Counted from the stretch's first letter, positions 10,117-21,420 are shown. The stretch: 64,000 nucleotides of DNA from Bdellovibrionales bacterium (GCA_965261545.1 CBDHDF010000011.1:704001-768000); one strand, 5' to 3'. The notes: generated by a model not told the origin, from the letters alone. A program made the numbers and translations.

Positions 10117-12005
10117 GGGACTGTAAAAATAATTGTGTAACTGCAATTTTTTTCTTAAATCTTAAAGCCACTTATGTGGCTCCACTCCTGGTAAAAAGCA
10201 CAGTCCCATATTATTCGTCAATGTATAATTGACATTTTTTCCTTCAAGCGATTTTGTCAGTCACAATGCATTATAAGTTAATGGGGAGGTGGACATCTTC
10301 GCTGGTCTATATAATTGGCCTCTTTAGTTACTCTGGACTTTTGATTGTATTATGGAGCCGTAATGGGATCATATCAGAACTGGAAAGAACTCAAATAAAT
10401 AATTATCATCTTGGTTGAAAAAAAATCAGCAATGGCTCTCTCAAAAAAATGGAAATTCCAATCTCATCAAAGGGTTCATGTGTTTAGGTTCCCATACTAT
10501 ATTACCCCCTTTTTTTTATTTTTTTTAACTTAGGATATTCGAGAAATACCAGAATTGGGATGAAATATGAAAAAAAATGGGAACCCAAATCTGCACCAAG
10601 AGGGCATGTATTTAGGTTCCCATACTATATTACCCTAACCATAGTCTCGGTATTCCAGTACTTCTGTCAACGCCTTAGAGGGGCTTTTAAGCCCCCTTAT
10701 AAGGCAGGTGGTGGACCTTATTAAAAAACTTAGTTGTCAAAACGGTCACCGTATTCAATGGCAAACCTGTTCATGGCTGGCTTCCAGTTGTGTAATGGTC
10801 GTGTCCATCGCTTAGAGGCCATTTTTATCGCTAAATATACAACTTTTAAAGCCGACCGATCACTGGGAAATATCTTACGATTTCTGATCGCCTTGCGGAT
10901 CACGCTATTTAACGACTCTATGGCGTTTGTGGTATAAAAAATCTTTCTGATTTCATCCGGATAATCGAAAATAGTGATGAGATTGTCCCAATTCCTACGC
11001 CAAGACTTTTCAATATTCGGATACTTTGAAGACCACTTGGTACAAAATTCCTCAAGGGCCTTTTCAGCTTCTGTCAGAGTCGTAGAGCCATAAATGGACT
11101 TGAGGTCTTGGGCGACAGCTTTCATATCCTTGGAAGGAACATAGCGAAGGGAATTGCGGACCATATGGACAATGCACAGTTGTACTTTAGACTTGGGAAA
11201 AGCCGCTGAAATGGCTTGAGGAAAACCTGTAAGACCATCTACAGAAAATATAAATACGTCTTTCAACCCTCGATTTTGCAGCTCAGTCAAAACACTCAAC
11301 CAAAACTTTGAACCCTCATTTTCAGAAATCCATAGGCCCAACAAGTCTTTCTGACCCTCCTCTGTAATACCAAGAGCTAGGTAAATCGCCTTATTAATAA
11401 CTCTCTTGTCTTGATGGACCTTCACCACGATACAGTCCAAAAATACGATAGGGTAAGTGCTATCCAAGGGGCGGTTCTGCCAAGCCGTAACTTCATCAAT
11501 AACAGCATCCGTCACGTTGGCTATCACTGAGTGGGATATCTCTGCACCATGGTAGAGGTCTTTGATAGCTCCTTGAATATCCCTGGTCGTCATTCCCCTC
11601 GCATAGAGGGTCAGAATACTGTCTTCAAAGCCCTCAAGACGAGTCTTGCCTTTGGGAATGACTTGGGGCTCAAAGGAGGCACTTCGGTCACGGGGGACCT
11701 GAAGCTCCACCTCGCCTTTCTCTCCCTTTATGGTCTTTCTACTGTAACCATTGCGAGTGTTGGATTTGCGGGTCTCAGACTTCTCATGCCTCTCATAACC
11801 TAGGTGATCGTCCATTTCCGCATTAAGAGCTGTCTCTAAAACAACCTTCATCAGTTGACCCGTTATGTCGGATAAATCCTTTTGGGTCTTGACGTTCTTC
11901 GCTAGTTCCTTGCCTATTGTCTTGATATCCATTTTGCCTTCTCCTTTCAGGATGATAGTTCATCCTAATATGATTCGGCAGTTACACAAAATAGTTTACA
12001 GGCTC
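10117..12005 (-). mobile_element. IS256-family element copy 1 (intact)
   Basis: IRs gggactgtaaaaataattgtgtaactgc / gcagttacacaaaatagtttacaggctc. 8-bp TSD catggatc at 10109-10116 and 12006-12013. The empty site is visible near 63440. Confidence 0.95.
10730..11932 (-). CDS. IS256-family transposase
   Basis: RNGY, VPRDR, YARGMTTRDI, FLDC, VDGLTGF, QLCIVH, YTTNAIESLNS. Confidence 0.97.
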   Translation of the reverse strand: MDIKTIGKELAKNVKTQKDLSDITGQLMKVVLETALNAEMDDHLGYERHEKSETRKSNTRNGYSRKTIKGEKGEVELQVPRDRSASFEPQVIPKGKTRLEGFEDSILTLYARGMTTRDIQGAIKDLYHGAEISHSVIANVTDAVIDEVTAWQNRPLDSTYPIVFLDCIVVKVHQDKRVINKAIYLALGITEEGQKDLLGLWISENEGSKFWLSVLTELQNRGLKDVFIFSVDGLTGFPQAISAAFPKSKVQLCIVHMVRNSLRYVPSKDMKAVAQDLKSIYGSTTLTEAEKALEEFCTKWSSKYPNIEKSWRRNWDNLITIFDYPDEIRKIFYTTNAIESLNSVIRKAIRNRKIFPSDRSALKVVYLAIKMASKRWTRPLHNWKPAMNRFAIEYGDRFDN

Positions 12006-12663
12006 CATGGATCAAAGAAAAAAACTTGGGGTTAGCCCACCCCCGAGGAGTTAGAGGTTCAAATCCTTAACCGAATGGGATCTCTCACTAAACGAATGCC
12101 ATTGACCACACCCCTCTGCCTCTGCGTTAAGCTATTTCTTTTAAAAGAACTCCCAGCCCTTTTGATAGACCTTTCATAGCTTCTTTTGAAGTGCCTCCTC
12201 TTCTCCATTGAAATCTTCATCAGCAACTTTATCTGCTTCCTAAATTTCTGATAGAGCCCCGCAACAAAAAGAGGGATGCTATCCATTATGAAATCAAGAA
12301 TCAGTTTAAAGTTAGGTTTTTTGTAGTCATTTTTTACCAACTGATTCACACTGTCTTCATCCTCATTTATGCTCATTTGAATCTTTGTATAATTGAAGAG
12401 CCAAAAATAAGAATACAGCTCTTGCAATATTCCATTAAGGCTTGTTGAGTGCCACTGCTCCATTTTCATTGTCGATGTAAAATCACGAAATGTCGTTTCT
12501 ATTTCCCAACGACGAGAGTAAAGAACAACCATATCCTTCTTGTCCAAGGAGCCATGCGGAAGATTAGTGGCCAAAACAGAGAACTCCCCAGTCTTTGGGT
12601 TTTTATACTTATAGAGATGAATGACCACCCCCTCAATAACCATTCGTGAATACCAACCTGGGC

Positions 12664-14080
12664 CAATGCCGTTTCCTTAAGCCACCACACCCCTCTGCCT
12701 CTGCGTTAAGCTATTTCTTTTAAAAGAACTCCCAGCCCTTTTGATAGACCTTTCATAGCTTCTTTTGAAGTGCCTCCTCTTCTCCATTGAAATCTTCATC
12801 AGCAACTTTATCTGCTTCCTAAATTTCTGATAGAGCCCCGCAACAAAAAGGGGGATGCTATCCATTATGAAATCAAGAATCAGTTTAAAGTTAGGTTTTT
12901 TGTAGTCATTTTTTACCAACTGATTCACACTGTCTTCATCCTCATTTATGCTCATTTGAATCTTTGTATAATTGAAGAGCCAAAAATAAGAATACAGCTC
13001 TTGCAATATTCCATTAAGGCTTGTTGAGTGCCACTGCTCCATTTTCATTGTCGATGTAAAATCACGAAATGTCGTTTCTATTTCCCAACGACGAGAGTAA
13101 AGAGCAACCATATCCTTCTTGTCCAAGGAGCCATGCGGAAGATTAGTGGCCAAAACAGAGAACTCCCCAGTCTTTGGGTTTTTATACTTATAGAGATGAA
13201 TGACCACCCCCTCAATAACCATTTGTGAATACCAACCTGGGCCATTAAATAAATTTACGATGGGGATAAAAGTAGAGCCTCGCTTACAACGCGCAATAAA
13301 GAAGTTACTGGCTTGAGCATGGGCCTTAATAATCTCTGTAGATAAATAAAGCCTATCGTAGAGAGTTATGCTATTACTCTCAAAACTACCTATCATTTGA
13401 ATAGCATTGGCGATTTCGTTGAGAGCGGGAGAATAGCAAAGATTCTTTGTCACACCCGATAAAACGTCATAAGCATGAGATAGATACATACGTAAGAAAT
13501 GAGTTTCCATCTCATTTGGGCAAGGGTACCCACAATAACCCTCCTTTAAAAGATCTTTAGAGCGAGGAAGTGCTAATTGGTCGCCATCTATGGCATAGAT
13601 ATAAAAGCCATGAAACGTTTTTCTCAATGGTTCGTAGTCTGTAATCAGAGATTCAAAGATATTTTTAAAAAATAGGTAAGAAATACTTTGACGTATCTTG
13701 CTGAGACTGCTTTTGACTGGCATGAGAAGCAGGTCACCAAAATGAGTCCATACCGTCTTAAGAGCGATTTGGTAGCCTTCGTAATTTGTTCCGGAAATAA
13801 GATAGATAATAGTAAAAAAGAAAATTTGAGGATTAAATTTTCGATTCCTTTTTTGTTTTTCTGGATCGACAAGGTGCTCTGGCTTGAAGGAAGAATCAAG
13901 TTTTGGTAGAATAAAATGGTCATCTGTGACGCGAACTCGTCATTTGGGGGCTTTCGAGATCAATATTGGATTGCATGTGACTTACTCCTTGGTTGAGGGT
14001 TGGGTGTAAAATAAAACAAGTCTTATTCTTGTCGATTTATCTAATAATTTCAAGAGATTTTTCTTAAGGAAACGGCATTG
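12664..14080 (-). mobile_element. Small IS4 copy 3 (complete, 1417 bp) inserted into copy 2
   Basis: Both IRs present. 10-bp TSD caacctgggc at 12654-12663 and 14081-14090. Confidence 0.95.
12677..13723 (-). CDS. IS4-family transposase (frame extends upstream of the first ATG)
   Basis: Near-identical to 3991-5043. Confidence 0.9.
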   Translation of the reverse strand: MPVKSSLSKIRQSISYLFFKNIFESLITDYEPLRKTFHGFYIYAIDGDQLALPRSKDLLKEGYCGYPCPNEMETHFLRMYLSHAYDVLSGVTKNLCYSPALNEIANAIQMIGSFESNSITLYDRLYLSTEIIKAHAQASNFFIARCKRGSTFIPIVNLFNGPGWYSQMVIEGVVIHLYKYKNPKTGEFSVLATNLPHGSLDKKDMVALYSRRWEIETTFRDFTSTMKMEQWHSTSLNGILQELYSYFWLFNYTKIQMSINEDEDSVNQLVKNDYKKPNFKLILDFIMDSIPLFVAGLYQKFRKQIKLLMKISMEKRRHFKRSYERSIKRAGSSFKRNSLTQRQRGVVA

Positions 14081-15697
14081 CAACCTGGGCCATTAAATAA
14101 ATTTACAATGGGGATAAAAGTAGAGCCTCGCTTACAACGCGCAATAAAGAAGTTACTGGCTTGAGCATGGGCCTTAATAATCTCTGTAGATAAATAAAGC
14201 CTATCGTAGAGAGTTATGCTATTACTCTCAAAACTACCTATCATTTGAATAGCATTGGCGATTTCGTTCAGAGCGGGAGAATAGCAAAGATTCTTTGTCA
14301 CACCCGATAAGACGTCATAAGCATGAGATAGATACATACGTAAGAAATGAGTTTCCATCTCATTTGGGCAAGGGTACCCACAATAACCCTCCTTTAAAAG
14401 ATCTTTAGAGCGAGGAAGTGCTAATTGGTCGCCATCTATGGCATAGATATAAAAACCATGAAACGTTTTTCTCAATGGTTCGTAGTCTGTAATCAGAGAT
14501 TCAAAGATATCTTTGAAAAATAGGTAAGAAATACTTTGACGTATCTTGCTGAGACTGCTTTTGACTGGCATGAGAAGCAGGTCACCAAAATGAGTCCATA
14601 CCGTCTTAAGAGCGATTTGGTAGCCTTCGTAATTTGTTCCGGAAATAAGATAGATAATGGTAAAAAAGAAAATTTGAGGATTAAATTTTCGATTCCTTTT
14701 TTGTTTTTCTGGATCGACAAGGTGCTCTGGCTTGAAGGAAGAATCAAGTTTTGGTAGAATAAAATGGTCATCTGTGACGCGAACTCGTCATTTGGGGGCT
14801 TTCGAGATCAATATTGGATTGCATGTGACTTACTCCTTGGTTGAGGGTTGGGTGTAAAATAAAACAAGTCTTATTCTTGTCGATTTATCTAATGATTTCA
14901 AGAGATTTTTCTTAAGGAAACGGCATTGACTCAGAGAATGACGGGCCGGGAAACGGAGTCGAGAAATAGCGAGGACAAGAAATAACGGGGCTGAGAAACT
15001 TCAGAGGGACTGTAAAAATAATTGTGTAACTGCAATTTTTTTCTTAAATCTTAAAGCCACTTATGTGGCTCCACTCCTGGTAAAAAGCACAGTCCCATAT
15101 TATTCGTCAATGTATAATTGACATTTTTTCCTTCAAGCGATTTTGTCAGTCACAATGCATTATAAGTTAATGGGGAGGTGGACATCTTCGCTGGTCTATA
15201 TAATTGGCCTCTTTAGTTACTCTGGACTTTTGATTGTATTATGGAGCCGTAATGGGATCATATCAGAACTGGAAAGAACTCAAATAAATAATTATCATCT
15301 TGGTTGAAAAAAAATCAGCAATGGCTCTCTCAAAAAAATGGAAATTCCAATCTCATCAAAGGGTTCATGTGTTTAGGTTCCCATACTATATTACCCCCTT
15401 TTTTTTATTTTTTTTAACTTAGGATATTCGAGAAATACCAGAATTGGGATGAAATATGAAAAAAAATGGGAACCCAAATCTGCACCAAGAGGGCATGTAT
15501 TTAGGTTCCCATACTATATTACCCTAACCATAGTCTCGGTATTCCAGTACTTCTGTCAACGCCTTAGAGGGGCTTTTAAGCCCCCTTATAAGGCAGGTGG
15601 TGGACCTTATTAAAAAACTTAGTTGTCAAAACGGTCACCGTATTCAATGGCAAACCTGTTCATGGCTGGCTTCCAGTTGTGTAATGGTCGTGTCCAT

Positions 15698-16976
15698 TGA
15701 GGTGGACCCCAATGTCAGACTGAAAAACTTGATTTTTAAGCTACACCACAGCGCACAAAGAAGCCCCGTGTTAATGTGTTAAATCCACCTCTCCCATATG
15801 CACCTGATAAGGGGTGCAATCCTGAAGAGACTGGTGTGGCCTTTTATTATTATAAAAATTAAAATACGTTTTAAAACCTTTGTTGGCTTGAACCATTGAT
15901 TTGTCTTGATAGCCTTTCAAGTAAACCTCTTCGTACTTAACAGACCGCCAAAGCCGCTCGATCATAATGTTGTCTAAACACCTGCCTTTGCCGTCCATAC
16001 TGATCGAGATTCCATGATTTTTCAATAATTTTGTGAAAACCTCAGAAGTGAATTGGCACCCTTGATCAGTATTGACGATATCAGGGCAACCAAATGTTTC
16101 TATGGCTTCCTCAAAGACTTCTAAACAAAAAGTTGTCTCAAGGCTATTAGAAAGTCTCCAAGACAGAACAAATCGGCTAAACCAATCTATCACAGCTACC
16201 AAGTAAGCAAAGCCACCAGACAACCTTATAAAAGTAATATCAGTAGCCCACACTTGGTTGGGGGAGCAGATATTAAGCCCCTTAAGTAGGTAGGGATAAA
16301 CCTTATGCTGATGGTTTCGCTGACTGGTGTTTGGACCTGGGAAGATAGCGAAAAGACACATCTTTTCCATGAGCCGCTGAATCCTCTTGCGGTTGACCCC
16401 ATGGCCATTAAGTCTTAAGTGAGCTGCCATTTTACGGCTCCCATAAAAAGGGGTCTCCAAGTACTGTTTGTCAATTAAACTCATCAGTTTTAAGTTGTAG
16501 GCACTCTCAGGTATGGGCTTGTAGTACAAGGCTCCCTTAGAGAGTCCTAGCAACTCACATTGGCGAGTGACACAAATATTTGGATGTTTCCAATTGATAG
16601 CGGCTTTTTTCTCAGGCATTGAAGCTCTCAGATTTTTTTTTAACCAATCATTTTCAACCTTTAACTGCCCTATTTGCCGATACAATTCATCAATGGTTTT
16701 TCTTTGTTCTTCTACCTCGTTGTTGTCCTTTTTTTTGCTCGCTAAGGCCTTAGGAATGGCTTCAATAGCTTGCTTCTTCCAATCTTGGATTTGGATGCGG
16801 TGAACTCCATGCTTGGAGGCCAACTCTGCCATTGTGTCAGTCTCACGAATGGCGTCAAGTGCGACTCTGGCCTTAAATTGTGCGCTGTGTTTCTTTCTCA
16901 TTATCCCCTCCTATGAGGGGCTTTTTACCCGCTGCGGTGTAACTTAGCAACCAGTCTGTTTTTGGGGTCCACTATA
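15698..16976 (-). mobile_element. IS3-family element (1279 bp)
   Basis: IRs tgaggtggacccca / tggggtccactata. 3-bp TSD cat at 15695-15697 and 16977-16979. Confidence 0.93.
15771..16901 (-). CDS. IS3-family transposase, OrfA and OrfB in one frame
   Basis: OrfA HTH (FKARVAL...[10 protein letters not shown]), then [41 protein letters not shown]. Confidence 0.95.
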   Translation of the reverse strand: MRKKHSAQFKARVALDAIRETDTMAELASKHGVHRIQIQDWKKQAIEAIPKALASKKKDNNEVEEQRKTIDELYRQIGQLKVENDWLKKNLRASMPEKKAAINWKHPNICVTRQCELLGLSKGALYYKPIPESAYNLKLMSLIDKQYLETPFYGSRKMAAHLRLNGHGVNRKRIQRLMEKMCLFAIFPGPNTSQRNHQHKVYPYLLKGLNICSPNQVWATDITFIRLSGGFAYLVAVIDWFSRFVLSWRLSNSLETTFCLEVFEEAIETFGCPDIVNTDQGCQFTSEVFTKLLKNHGISISMDGKGRCLDNIMIERLWRSVKYEEVYLKGYQDKSMVQANKGFKTYFNFYNNKRPHQSLQDCTPYQVHMGEVDLTH

Positions 16977-18103
16977 CATCGCTTAGAGGCCATTTTTATC
17001 GCTAAATATACAACTTTTAAAGCCGACCGATCACTGGGAAATATCTTACGATTTCTGATCGCCTTGCGGATCACGCTATTTAACGACTCTATGGCATTTG
17101 TGGTATAAAAAATCTTTCTGATTTCATCCGGATAATCGAAAATAGTGATGAGATTGTCCCAATTCCTACGCCAAGACTTTTCAATATTAGGATACTTTGA
17201 AGACCACTTGGTACAAAATTCCTCAAGGGCCTTTTCAGCTTCTGTCAGAGTCGTAGAGCCATAAATGGACTTGAGGTCTTGGGCGACAGCTTTCATATCC
17301 TTGGAAGGAACATAGCGAAGGGAATTGCGGACCATATGGACAATGCACAGTTGCACTTTAGACTTGGGAAAAGCCGCTGAAATGGCTTGAGGAAAACCTG
17401 TAAGACCATCTACAGAAAATATAAATACATCTTTCAACCCTCGATTTTGCAGCTCAGTCAAAACACTCAACCAAAACTTTGAACCCTCATTTTCAGAAAT
17501 CCATAGGCCCAACAAGTCTTTCTGACCCTCCTCTGTAATACCAAGAGCTAGGTAAATCGCCTTATTAATAACTCTCTTGTCTTGATGGACCTTCACCACG
17601 ATACAGTCCAAAAATACGATAGGGTAAGTGCTATCCAAGGGGCGGTTCTGCCAAGCCGTAACTTCATCAATAACAGCATCCGTCACGTTGGCTATCACTG
17701 AGTGGGATATCTCTGCACCATGGTAGAGGTCTTTGATAGCTCCTTGAATATCCCTGGTCGTCATTCCCCTCGCATAGAGGGTCAGGATACTGTCTTCAAA
17801 GCCCTCAAGACGAGTCTTACCCTTGGGAATGACTTGAGGTTCAAAGGAGGCACTTCGGTCACGGGGGACCTGAAGCTCCACCTCGCCTTTCTCTCCCTTT
17901 ATGGTCTTTCTACTGTAACCATTGCGAGTGTTGGATTTGCGGGTCTCAGACTTCTCATGCCTCTCATAACCTAGGTGATCGTCCATTTCCGCATTAAGGG
18001 CCGTCTCTAAAACAACCTTCATCAGTTGACCCGTTATGTCGGATAAATCCTTTTGGGTCTTGACGTTCTTCGCTAGTTCCTTGCCTATTGTCTTGATATC
18101 CAT
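16977..18103 (-). pseudogene. IS256 transposase split near its C-terminus by IS3
   Basis: Identical to copy 1 up to MASKR; the remaining codons lie at about 15619-15697. Confidence 0.93.
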
Positions 18104-18254
18104 TCTGCCTTCTCCTTTCAGGATGATAGTTCATCCTAATATGATTCGGCAGTTACACAAAATAGTTTACAGGCTCACTTCAGAGGGAAAAGAAAACGGT
18201 ATGGGGTGTGGCTGGAGTATGACAGATGGCGGTTTGGATCAGGGTGGATAACAT

Positions 18255-19109
18255 TCATGGGAGTTCATAACTGTCGATCTTTCCAGGCATTCCTTTTAAA
18301 AATATGACTTGATCTGTAAAATTATAATATCTGTAAAAGATAAATTCATTCCAAAAGTTTAGATCAGGACCAAATTTCATAAAATTATGAACTTGTTCTT
18401 TAGACACACTATATTCTTTAAAGAATTTCATCCACTCTCGCTTTTTATTCATGAGAACATATGGGGTGGTACTAATGGTAGAGTAACCAAATTTTTCATT
18501 AATATCTGGTAAGAATCGAGTGTACCACAATTGCCCAACTTCTCCCTCGTAGCCACCAGGAGTAAGTTCTCCCCAAAATTCGTCTTCAGTGATCAATTCT
18601 CTTAAAAATAACATCCTATCTCTCTTCTTGCGAATTTCATAAACCCCCATTCTGGAATTACTAAGGTAGGTAGTAATGTCTATTGTTTCCTTATCAACGC
18701 CAAGATATTCGGCGACATCAAGGAAGATTCCTGCTAAAGTTTCCTTCTCTTTGCCAGCGCGAGCATCAAATAATTCCCATTGTGTGTAATAAGATTCGCT
18801 TATGGGACTCATGGGAGGGTAGCTTGGAAGGTAGATATTTTCTCGATCATCCTTAATTTTTGAAAAGTCCTTAAACTCGTTCATTTCAGCCATGGAGTAA
18901 ATTGGATAATAGATAAACTGTATGGTTTGCATATAAACACTATAGAGAGGACTTATCCCATCTCGTTTTAATTCTTCGATCTTATCTTTCAATATTTTAA
19001 CAACTTCATTTGTTCTTCTTTTAGTTTCAATATCAGTAACATTTGAATTATTATTGTCTTCCTTCGATGATGAAAGATTCTTTAAAACAAGTTTAGATAT
19101 TCTACCCAT
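18255..19109 (-). CDS. Hypothetical protein (284 aa)
   Basis: Long AT-rich ORF with GGAGG upstream of the ATG. No function recognised. Confidence 0.85.
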   Translation of the reverse strand: MGRISKLVLKNLSSSKEDNNNSNVTDIETKRRTNEVVKILKDKIEELKRDGISPLYSVYMQTIQFIYYPIYSMAEMNEFKDFSKIKDDRENIYLPSYPPMSPISESYYTQWELFDARAGKEKETLAGIFLDVAEYLGVDKETIDITTYLSNSRMGVYEIRKKRDRMLFLRELITEDEFWGELTPGGYEGEVGQLWYTRFLPDINEKFGYSTISTTPYVLMNKKREWMKFFKEYSVSKEQVHNFMKFGPDLNFWNEFIFYRYYNFTDQVIFLKGMPGKIDSYELP

Positions 19110-19605
19110 TTATTCCTCCAAAAAATTTTCATTGATATTCTAAATCCACTGCCACAAGTTCTTCTAAGCCACCTCTGTTGAGAGATGGGTGTAACGTAAA
19201 ACAGTTCTATTCTCGTCGTCTTATTTAATAATTTCAAGAGATTATTCTTACATGGCTTCACAAAGAGGTCAAAGAGCCACCAAGAGACTCCACAAGGGAC
19301 TTACTGAGGCCCCCATGACTCAGAAAATGGTGGGCCGAAAGTGGGGGCGAGAAATAACGAGCTGGAAAATGACGGAGTCGAGCCCCCCAGAAGGAAGCCC
19401 GAAGGGGAGGATAAAATCAAGCAATGAAGCCTCAACTTCTCGGAGGCCCAGAGGGGAGGGCAAAGCCAGACGACAATGAAGCTTCAGCCTCTCCGGACGA
19501 ATCTATAAACTTGACCACCTGACCTTGTCTTTTTTTCAGAGATATTGTACGAGTTTTTATAAGAATAGTTCTGTTTTGCAAATTTTTACTCAAGGACCCC
19601 CTCCA

Positions 19606-20787
19606 ATGGCATTAAAGATTAAAATTTCTTTTCTAACACATAAAAAATTTTCTCAACGACATGAACGGCTTGTTTTATCTATTTCTTTATATTTTCTAAA
19701 TATTCTATGTATTTTCTGCGCAGCCTCAAAAGCGTGGACTCAAACAACTCTGGAAGCGCAAGCCCTTTCGAGTTCGAGGCAAACCATGGCAACCTCCAAA
19801 GTGCAAACCACTGGAACTCATGGGACCCATGGGACTCATGGGACTCATTTTGATTCTTGGCTGAAAGAGGTTCGCAAAGAGGCCAAGAAACGCAAGTTGA
19901 CATCCGTGAAAGTTCGGAGTGTGTTGCAAGACCTCAAGCCTATTGCCAAAGTGATTGAGAAAGATCGTCATCAACTCGAATTTACTTTGACAGTCCCTCA
20001 GTATCTTAAATCAAAAGTGAACAAGAAGCGGGTGCAAAAGGGTCGCAAACTGCTTCATCAGCATAGAAAGGTACTGGCCCAAGTTGAAGCCAAATATGGA
20101 GTCCCTCGGGAAATTATTGTTGCCTTGTGGGGTATTGAAACGGACTTCGGTCGCAAGGGGAGAGATTTTCCCGCAATTGGGGCTTTGGCGACACTGGCCT
20201 ATGATGGGCGGCGCTCATCTTTATTTCGCAAGCAACTGTTCAGTGCTTTACAAATGATTCATGAGGGACATGCTTTACCTGAGCAAATGGTGGGCACATG
20301 GTCAGGTGCTATCGGGCAAATCAACTTTATGCCATCCTCATTTTTGAGTTACGCCGTGGACCATGATGGTGATGGCAAGCGTGACATCTGGAATAATCTC
20401 CCTGATATATTTGCTTCAGCGGCCAATTTCTTAGCTCATGCAAAATGGCAGAAGAAACAAGCTTGGGGCCGAGCTGTCCTCCTTCCTAGGAAGTTCGACA
20501 AAAGGCTAGCCAACTTAAGGGTGAAAAAAACACTTTCTCAATGGCAGGCTCTAGGTGTTAGGAAGGTCAATGGGAGCAACTTATCTAAGAACAATTTCAT
20601 GGGCTCCGTGGTATGGCCTCACAAAGATTTGCATAAGAATTTGAATAAAAAACAGGCACGAACAGAGCTAGATGCATATACAGCCTATGTGGTTCATGAG
20701 AACTATCACTCCATATTGCGCTGGAATCGCTCTGTCTCTTTTGCCCTCGCTGTGGGACTTCTTTCAGATCGCATTTCAGAGAGATGA
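19606..20787 (+). CDS. Lytic murein transglycosylase (MltB/SLT_2-like)
   Basis: DRHQLEF, YGVPREIIVALWGIETDFG, ALATLAYDGRR, GAIGQINFMPSSF, DHDGDGKRDIW, ILRWNRS. Start codon uncertain (19525 or 19606). Confidence 0.92.
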   Translation: MALKIKISFLTHKKFSQRHERLVLSISLYFLNILCIFCAASKAWTQTTLEAQALSSSRQTMATSKVQTTGTHGTHGTHGTHFDSWLKEVRKEAKKRKLTSVKVRSVLQDLKPIAKVIEKDRHQLEFTLTVPQYLKSKVNKKRVQKGRKLLHQHRKVLAQVEAKYGVPREIIVALWGIETDFGRKGRDFPAIGALATLAYDGRRSSLFRKQLFSALQMIHEGHALPEQMVGTWSGAIGQINFMPSSFLSYAVDHDGDGKRDIWNNLPDIFASAANFLAHAKWQKKQAWGRAVLLPRKFDKRLANLRVKKTLSQWQALGVRKVNGSNLSKNNFMGSVVWPHKDLHKNLNKKQARTELDAYTAYVVHENYHSILRWNRSVSFALAVGLLSDRISER

Positions 20788-20829
20788 CTGGGGGAATTAC
20801 GGCCCCCCCCCTAGGTCTCATAGTTGTCT

Positions 20830-21255
20830 GTGCGCTTCAATCGCTCCCCCAACCGCAGTCAGGGGAGGTAAATGTACCGCATTGGGAAGGTGGATCCTGT
20901 GATGTTTCAATCTGTTAGACGACAATTAAAATTGGTGGCGCCAAGAACAAACGAAAGGAGGTGGAACAGGAAGAGTGATCTCGTATATTCTGAGAGAGAT
21001 AAGGGTCGGCCTCCGGCACTGAGGTGACAAGAATCTTGCTCAGGCTCTTTCAGGGAACTTGGGAACCATCCTCTGGATATTAAGGTAGGAGTGCGAGTGG
21101 GAGGTAATCCACAAGACTCAAATGCCGATAGAGGGTGGGGCAGAATGTCTCGTAGTAGCAAAGCTACACTGTAATAGGTGTAGGGCGAAGGGGGCATATT
21201 CTAAATGTAGGCTAGATGCAGAAACTGAAAGGGAGGTAAGCATAAAGTTGGATAT
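20830..21255 (+). ncRNA. Group II intron 5' portion (domains I-III), truncated
   Basis: Begins GTGCG. Domain III-like segment gcagaatgtctcgtagtagcaaagctacactgtaataggtgtagggcgaagggggcatattct at about 21140-21202. No domain V or RT ORF follows. Confidence 0.65.
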
Positions 21256-21420
21256 ACCCGAATTCTTTGGATAAATAAGAAATAATATTCTTGTGGTTTG
21301 TGACGCGAACTTGTCATTTCGTTCGCTCCTTTGTAAATTTAAAATTTTGAAGTCTCCAATGCTCCTTTAAAAATAAAGTCACACACTTTACTTGCTAAAA
21401 CAACATTTTTCTTAGGATAA
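21255..21420 (-). mobile_element. Left-end remnant of a divergent relative of the small IS4
   Basis: tgtgacgcgaacttgtcattt versus tgtgacgcgaactcgtcattt in the small IS4. Encodes VTNHKNIISYLSKEF, comparable to VTDDHFILPKLDSSF. Confidence 0.6.

Larger units (their letters stand above)
7654..12104 (+). mobile_element. Large IS4-family element (DUF4338 fusion) copy 1, carrying a nested IS256
   Basis: IRs caatggcattcgttt ... aaacgaatgccattg. Matches 60985-63538 apart from the IS256. Flanks do not form a TSD. Confidence 0.9.
12105..14928 (-). mobile_element. Small IS4 copy 2, interrupted by copy 3; right IR removed
   Basis: 5' part 14091-14928 with IR at 14928; 3' part 12105-12663. Confidence 0.9.
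15006..18176 (-). mobile_element. IS256 copy 2, interrupted by IS3
   Basis: Same IRs as copy 1. 8-bp TSD acttcaga at 14998-15005 and 18177-18184. Confidence 0.95.

Noticed and set aside
10486..10510. ggttcccatactatattacc as a dif/Xer site
   Set aside because: XerC-like half only; the spacer length and XerD arm do not fit.
14929..15005. Loose similarity to 19317-19385 (gagaaataacg motifs)
   Set aside because: Short, degenerate and purine-rich; no definable unit.
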